In this document: positions 57,782 through 64,000 of the stretch, in pieces
How positions within the stretch are numbered: the first letter of the stretch is position 1
Layout of the letters: each line of letters starts with the position of its first letter
Source of the DNA: Amoebophrya sp. A120
Taxonomy: Eukaryota > Protista > Dinoflagellata
Length of the DNA stretch: 64,000 nt
Direction of reading: 5' to 3'
Assembly: GCA_905178155.1 (NCBI GenBank)
Contig: CAJINV010000001.1
Coordinates: 11,505,571 to 11,569,570, forward strand
Made by a program: the position numbers and the translations under genes
The notes under the pieces: model-generated
The model's input: only the letters and a program-made list of their open reading frames with translations
Databases searched by the model: none
What the model was told of the DNA's origin: nothing

Positions 57782-58402
57782 TCAGCCCTCGACTTTATCA
57801 CCGTCGAAACAGCCATACCCATACTTTTCCGTGATCTTCTCGGGCGCCGCTTCGCGACTCGCAAGCTTTTCGTCGAACCGCGCGGTGAGGTACTCCCGTA
57901 CCTCCGGCGCACAGCTTTCCGGTAGCATGTCGAGCACGCTGCCCTCGTCGCAGAGCAAGTTGACGTTCGCGCCACCGGTTTCGACGAGAACCTTTATGCT
58001 CTCCATGTCAGCGTAGTAGCACGCCAGGTGCAACGGAGAAAACCCGTCTTCGTTTACTTGATCGACGATGAGTGGCGTACAAGTTGTACTGCTATCTCCA
58101 GTTTCCGTTTCTGTGGTTTTGACCTCTCTACTCCGGGTCAGTAAATTTTGAAGCACGACAGGTTGCCGGATCGCAACGTGCAAAATAGTTGACAAATCGT
58201 CCGTCTGCAGCGACCAATCGGCGCCGTGGTCGAGGAGCAGGGACACTGTGTCGTTATGACCGCTCTTCGCCGCCATCAGGAGCGCAGAGGAGCCGTCGTA
58301 GGCGAGAAAGTCGTCAGGCTTTGTTCCGCCGGCCAGCAGCTCCTTCACCTCTGCGCTCTTGCCGCGGCGGGCGTATTCAAACAGCTCCTCCCCGGAACTC
58401 AT
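57782..58402 (-). CDS. Ankyrin-repeat protein
   Basis: DGSSALLMAAKSGHNDTVSLLLDHGAD and DGFSPLHLACYYADMESIKVLVETGGANVN. Confidence 0.9.
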   Translation of the reverse strand: MSSGEELFEYARRGKSAEVKELLAGGTKPDDFLAYDGSSALLMAAKSGHNDTVSLLLDHGADWSLQTDDLSTILHVAIRQPVVLQNLLTRSREVKTTETETGDSSTTCTPLIVDQVNEDGFSPLHLACYYADMESIKVLVETGGANVNLLCDEGSVLDMLPESCAPEVREYLTARFDEKLASREAAPEKITEKYGYGCFDGDKVEG

Positions 58403-58940
58403 GACTTGTTAACTAGGAACAAAACCGATCAAAGTTGTAGATGACCGCACCAAAACCAACAAAAAACTAGTCGTGACCTTCATGCCGATCCTGTTTCTGT
58501 TACTGATGTATGATCTCCTAAGTAGGTCTGCGGATGAGTCGAAATAACCGAAACTTGGGTCATTTCCATTTGTTTCTTACGGCTGCTGCGTGACACGACG
58601 CAACTAGGATCAGTGATATGGTGACCGACAAAAAGTCAAAACGATGGATGCGAAGTCTTTCACATGCACCTTATCGTTATCAGAAAAAAAACACAAGTAC
58701 TTGGCACTCGAACAACAAGGCCTGCGGGTACCAAAGAAAGAGTCGAAAGTTTCAATTTGTCATTTTTATCGTGGACGAGCCTCGCCTCATTTGTGCTTAT
58801 TTATCTGTTTGTGTTTTGCACGCGATGAAAGATGATGCTTGCCATTCATTGCCTCTTTTGGTACGAAAAATTGGCATTTTTAGGACCATTCAAATTCATT
58901 GCAACGGGCGCAGCGTTGTTCATTTTGAATTTTGCATCCT

Positions 58941-60034
58941 TCAGGTGGTAGCCGCGGCCACGGCTTCCGCTTCGGTAGTCGGCGTTGCTGATTCTTCCGG
59001 TGCACCTGCTCCTTTCTCTAGAAATTTCTCCGGAAGCGCGTCGTTTGCTTCACACTGCGCCCGGATTTTTTCTTTCAGTTTCTGAAACGTCTCCGGATCG
59101 TCCTGGACCATTTCGTTCAACTCCCCGATCATCTCTGTGAAGTGGTCCGCGTCCTCGCCCCCCACGTCCTGGCCGTCTACCCGTAAATTGGCCGCTTCCA
59201 GCTTCTTCGGGTCCAACTGCTGATCCGCCTTCGCCCTGTCGTCGTTCCCCCCTATGCTTTTCGCGAATTTTTCAGTTCCAAGGAACCCCTTCATGCGGGC
59301 TTTTTCGTCTTTCTTTTCCTCCCGGAGCCGCTCGCGGACGGTCTGCGGTTTATTTACGATTATGTTACACATACATAGAATCAATTGTTGGAACAAGAGC
59401 AGCAGCAACACCAGGGTACTCGCAGACCAAAAACGCAGTACCATCAACCTGCCTCTGACTGTGATATGTAGAAAAGTTCATCTAGTTGTACTACCTTTTG
59501 CATTTTTAGCAGCTCGGCATCTTTTGGTTCGTAACTGAGTGCTTTCGTCACATCCTTGTCGATGCTTGCCATTGTGGGTGAGACTTTGATAGTGGCCGGT
59601 GCGAAGTTTTCCGTCTTCTCCGCCACGCCGTCTAGGACATTCAAGGCCGCCGTGCACTTTCGGAACAGAGCTTTGGCCTTCTGACTCGAGTTGAGCACGT
59701 CGTGCTTTGGGTTCGGCGGGTCTTCATCACCATACAGGGCTCGGTGCGCGGTGTTGTATGCGTGGGTCCAGTTCTCGGCTTTTAGAAAACACATCGCCAG
59801 ATTCAGGTAGCAGCTTTGTATCAGAGCCCGAATCTCCTCCTCTTTCCGTTTGACAACCTCCGGCTTCATCCCGCGGCACTGCATGATCACTTCGCTGTAG
59901 CGCTGGATAGCGTCGGCGAAACGACTTTCCTTTACATACTTGTTTCCAAGCTTCTTCGTTTCCTCCGCCATTTCCCAAAGCGAATCATCCTCCGTTAGGG
60001 AGTAATCTCCCGTGTGCAGACCGAGACCCGACAT
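58941..60034 (-). CDS. TPR-repeat protein, 2 exons
   Basis: KKLGNKYVKESRFADAIQRYSE, CYLNLAMCFLKAENW, KALFRK; a GT-AG intron joins LKMQK|TVRERLREE. Confidence 0.85.
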
Positions 60035-60986
60035 TTTCTGTTCCTCAGAAAACTGCCACAAACCGAAAAAGCTTAGCAATAAAGTTTACCGACGATGGAA
60101 GAGATAGGAAATAAAATGGCGTGTGGGCAACAAAAAAATGGGAATGTCAAAAAAAGTCGATGAGGGCTGGGGTTCTGGGATGAAAGATAGCTTGATATCT
60201 GAGCATTTGAATTGCATCAAACATCACTTTTGGCATTGCTATAGATGTACTTCTGACGCAGAAAAATTCTTGCGTCGTCGGTCTAGAATCAGAAACAGAA
60301 TGACATGTCGAGCTGATGGTGCCGTAATAATCCGGCTACAGTGTGGATATTTCTTTGCACACACGGATATCAACCTTGGCCACGAAGAACACACGAGATG
60401 ACGTAGTGGAGGTCGCAGAGCTTCGGCGCTACTCCTTGCTGGAGAGCAAACCAATTCGCGGAGTACCCTCGAGGAATTCATCTTGATTCGCACTTCTAAT
60501 CAAACAAGCAAATGCGGCGACATAATCCCAAGACAAATGCAAATCTGTAGTACTAGAAGTCGAGTACGTAGAAAAGTTAAAGTACTGCGAAAAGTCAATC
60601 ATGCATGAGGAAACCCACGATGATGTAGTACTGGTCACTGCCACCGAGACTGAGACAGGAAACACATTCATCAGCAGAAAAACTTTGTCTGATTGCTCGT
60701 TTAGCGCCTTTAATTTTGCTATTCTAATCTATCTTTGAAACGCAAGAAGCGTGACGTGGTGCTGAAGGAAGGTACCACTTAGCTTGTTACAAGTGAAAGT
60801 TGCTTCTTGATCATCTTTTTCTTTTGTCAACCCGCTCCCTATCAATCAAAATAGTTGAACTTGAAGGTCCAGAACCAACGCATCATTTCACGAAAAAAAC
60901 CCCTAGCTCTTCCTGCTCGTGCAAAAGACGTTTTGCGAATGATACCATCGTCGAATAGCCACAACATCGCTTCAGATGATGTATTG

Positions 60987-62040
60987 TCACACGTGCAGGG
61001 TAATCGGTCCGAACCATCGCGGTAGGTCGTTCGCCAGTTTCCTGCCCTTCTTGTCCTCCCAGTGCGACACCTTCGTCGTTCGGTCAAACACAGCGCGCCA
61101 CCCGCCGCGACCACCCCGATACTTCGGTACCTGTAGAATGGACCGGGTATCCGGCTCTTCGGCCGCACCGTTTTCGTCGTTCATCGTTTGCTCCTGCAGC
61201 GCCCGGGCCTCCTGGGGCCGCCGGAGGGATTTCAAGTGCGGGTTTTTCTGGTCGGCACGCTTCACCAGCGGATCCTCATTCTCGTTCTGCTCCTCCTCCT
61301 GGTCAGGATTGTAGTCGTCGAATCGTACTTCACCAGTGAACCAGTTGTAAAAGTACGGAATTGCGTATGAAAGGCAAAAGTACTCTGTTCGCTACGCAGT
61401 AGTCTTGTTGCACATGAAAGAATACGATTCCATGCATTTGCATTTGGATTTGAACTTGAACTTTTTTGTTTTCGAAGTTTAGCATTAACTGCATCAGCAA
61501 AACTATGCAACTACCACTTGTATGCCAAAACTGAATTAGCAGGGCGTCTTCAAAGAGGACTCTTGTCATGAAGTATTTTTCCACGCCTGTACAAGCATGA
61601 AGAGGAGACAACGAACTTTTGCAGCGGGTATTCCGTCGCGGGAAACAATTTTTTCCCATTTCGCCTGTTGCTCCTTGATGTTCGGCACTTCGATAGGAAC
61701 GGCGTTCGGGGCAAACCTGACAATTTACGTTTTCGTGGCTGTTCTCTTGTCTCCAATACGGACGCTCTCGTTTCGCAATACCATGCAGGTTTCTCTACTT
61801 CTTCCCTTGATAGATATTCATCTTCATGTATATTTGCGCAAACTCAACCATGACTGATGCCCCGTGTTCCAAATCATGACTGTAAAACACGTACCGTGCG
61901 TAGCCTGCAAATGCCGGTCTCTCCGAGTCTGAAGTTTCGTTGGAGATAGAAGTAATACTCGTCGCCGCAGATTTATGCGACGCAACACTTTCGGAGTCAC
62001 TTCTGTACTCCAAATCTGTGGGCGAATACGCCGGAAACAT
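60987..62040 (-). CDS. WW-domain protein, 3 exons (one GT-AG intron, one TIR-element interruption)
   Basis: MFPAYSP...FAGYAR|FAPNAVPIE...WEKIVSRDG|IPYFYNWFTGEVRF (WW consensus), plus a second degenerate WW-like segment GWRAVFDRTTKVSHW. Confidence 0.7.
61366..61630. mobile_element. Degenerate introner copy 4 (265 bp) splitting the WW domain
   Basis: Ends TATGAAAGGCAAAAGT and (reverse complement) TACCCGCTGCAAAAGT resemble the family TIR. Flanked by TTGCG/TTCCG; length matches the family; interior too diverged to align by eye. Confidence 0.65.
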
Positions 62041-63116
62041 TTTTCTTTTTTGGAACAATGCCAGGATTGCGCTTAGCAGTTCTAGACTCTAACGACGCAT
62101 GATACTACTCGTCTGAGACCTAGATAAAGACTATACTTTTTTCAAATGCGTCGAATTTAGGAAGAGAAGGTCCATATCACAGACCGGGAAAAGCCCCCTT
62201 AATACCAGCACGATGGCGAGCATCAACGACCACACGACTACATCTGCAACCCACGAAGGCTACCAATACAACGATTCTTCATGATCCCGGCCGAGCACGA
62301 GGAATAAGTAGTAGCTATCTAACATAGAAATGGATGTTTAAACATCGATCGATAGTAATACGCTTGATGTTGATCATTTTCCCTGGGGTCCTGCGATAAA
62401 TATTTGTTGACATGAGAGGAATTTTTGTCATCGCAACTTTGCTCGGGCCCATGGGTCGCGACGGAGTGGAGACCGAGACAGAGGAAAACTCTACTAGAAT
62501 CAACTTGAACTTTTATTAGCGAACCGGAGAAGCAAAAGAAAAAAAACCGACATGGCTGAAGAGATACTCATACTTGTCTCCGGTGTTTGCAGCTTCTCTT
62601 CGAAAACACAGTACAGGTCACTAAATGACTTTTTTTCCACCCCCAAACTACACAGCCCATGGGCTTCACCATCTTTGTCGAGATCGAAGCACTAGGGAAT
62701 GAGTCTTAACAACAGAAGAACAGCGACTGAGTATGTTCTGATTTTACGATGCTCGAAGTTTCGTATTCCTGTTAGCATCAATTTCGCTGGTAGGATACTG
62801 CCGCGACGATGAAAGGATGTCCGCGACGTAGTGGGAATAGTCCATCTGTTTCTGTTTCTGTACAACATGAACCAAAATCTATACATAGCATTTTTTGCCG
62901 TTACCCACAAGAACCGTTCGTTCTCGAAGAATTCCAATAGAGCATCGTACAGTGTGGTGTGATTTGTGTGAAAGTGAAAATGAAATTGCAAAATCAAACT
63001 TTTTCATTCAACTTCAAGAAAAAAGCTGACACTACCCTGAAACAAACAGCAACAACATCAAGAAAAAACCTCTAATTCATAGGGTGCGCGCTCCCTATAT
63101 TTCGCTCTTCGGACGA

Positions 63117-64000
63117 CTAGCTTTGCGCAAACAGGAGCAGAGGAAGGTCAACTCCAAGATGTGGCAGTCCCTCCGGCGGCATCGGACACGGCTCGTGCGT
63201 CCGGCCCCGAGGAATGCAGCACGGTCGGCAGTATTTTCGCTCATTTGCCAGGACCTCTTTGCCATGCCGAAGAGCGTCGTTGTGCTTCGGTGGGGGGAAA
63301 TCCACAACGCGTTTGCACGTCCAGTTATCCAACTGAAGTTATAAAACGGTTTTGGTTGCAATTGCATCTCTTGTTGCACAACTTCCATCAATGAATGATT
63401 CCTCCTGCATTCTCAAAAGAAAAGATGAAGCCTTCGAGTAAGCTTGGGCAAAAGAAGTGTAATTGCTGTACAAAACCACTAAAGGAAAACAGGAACAATG
63501 CCACTCAAAGAAGAAGCTGTACCTGACTCGGCCAAGGTGCGCTAGGGTCGATGCTCTTCACGCGACGCATTGTGCTGCGACGGATTCGGGGGTCAAGTGG
63601 TTCGTTGCACAAACTCGTCGTGCTCCGGGCCATACGGAAATCTGGCGGTCCCCAGTGTCGCCGGGAAATGTACGCGTTTTTCGCCGTGTAGACGATCGGG
63701 CTGGTGTAGCCTTCCTCGACGTGCTGGTACAATCGGGCGTCCACGTGTCTGACGAAGTCGATCAAGAACAAATAAAAGGCAATTTGTAATGCAGAGTTCG
63801 GTAAAAAACCAGATCTGTCATGCGGTTTGACATATGCAACTGCAACTAAGTTGTACCTCATCTCCTTCTCGCCATTCCAGACACCCGGCCCGCGGTGGAT
63901 TTGAGTTCGGTCGCGCTCCCAGCTCGATATGGTTGCCTCTTTGTTTTTCACCAGTTGGTTCTGTCTCACCTGGTCGCAGACGGCAATACTCTGCCACGAC
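63117..64000 (-). CDS. Hypothetical protein, 3' part (5'-partial, spliced)
   Basis: GC-rich exons joinable by GT-AG introns (EMR|HVDARLY...WPSQ|LDNWTCK...FAQS*); no domain recognised. Confidence 0.5.

Overview
Eukaryotic genomic DNA with about 15 host genes, all on the minus strand and mostly with GT-AG introns. The one-directional gene cluster plus TIR-bearing non-canonical introns suggests a syndinian dinoflagellate such as Amoebophrya (inference, not proven). Host genes: two tandem intronless ~1,200-aa proteins with an N-terminal HicA-like RNase domain, a TTLL tubulin glutamylase, a P4-ATPase flippase, a ClC Cl-/H+ exchanger, a secreted EF-hand protein broken at a C13 run, ADF/cofilin, a proteasome alpha subunit, two TPR proteins, an ankyrin protein, a WW-domain protein and several hypothetical proteins. 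Three things stand out. (1) A family of four 262-268 bp MITE-like elements (TATCA...TGATA terminal inverted repeats, 5-bp target duplications); three sit inside coding sequence, in both orientations, and precise removal has no GT-AG solution. (2) A ~7 kb tyrosine-recombinase retroelement with the unusual order YR - CCCH-gag - RT/RNaseH in non-overlapping ORFs. (3) The HicA-fusion pair, whose toxin-like domain is under strong purifying selection with no HicB visible. Exon models were derived by hand and need RNA-seq confirmation.
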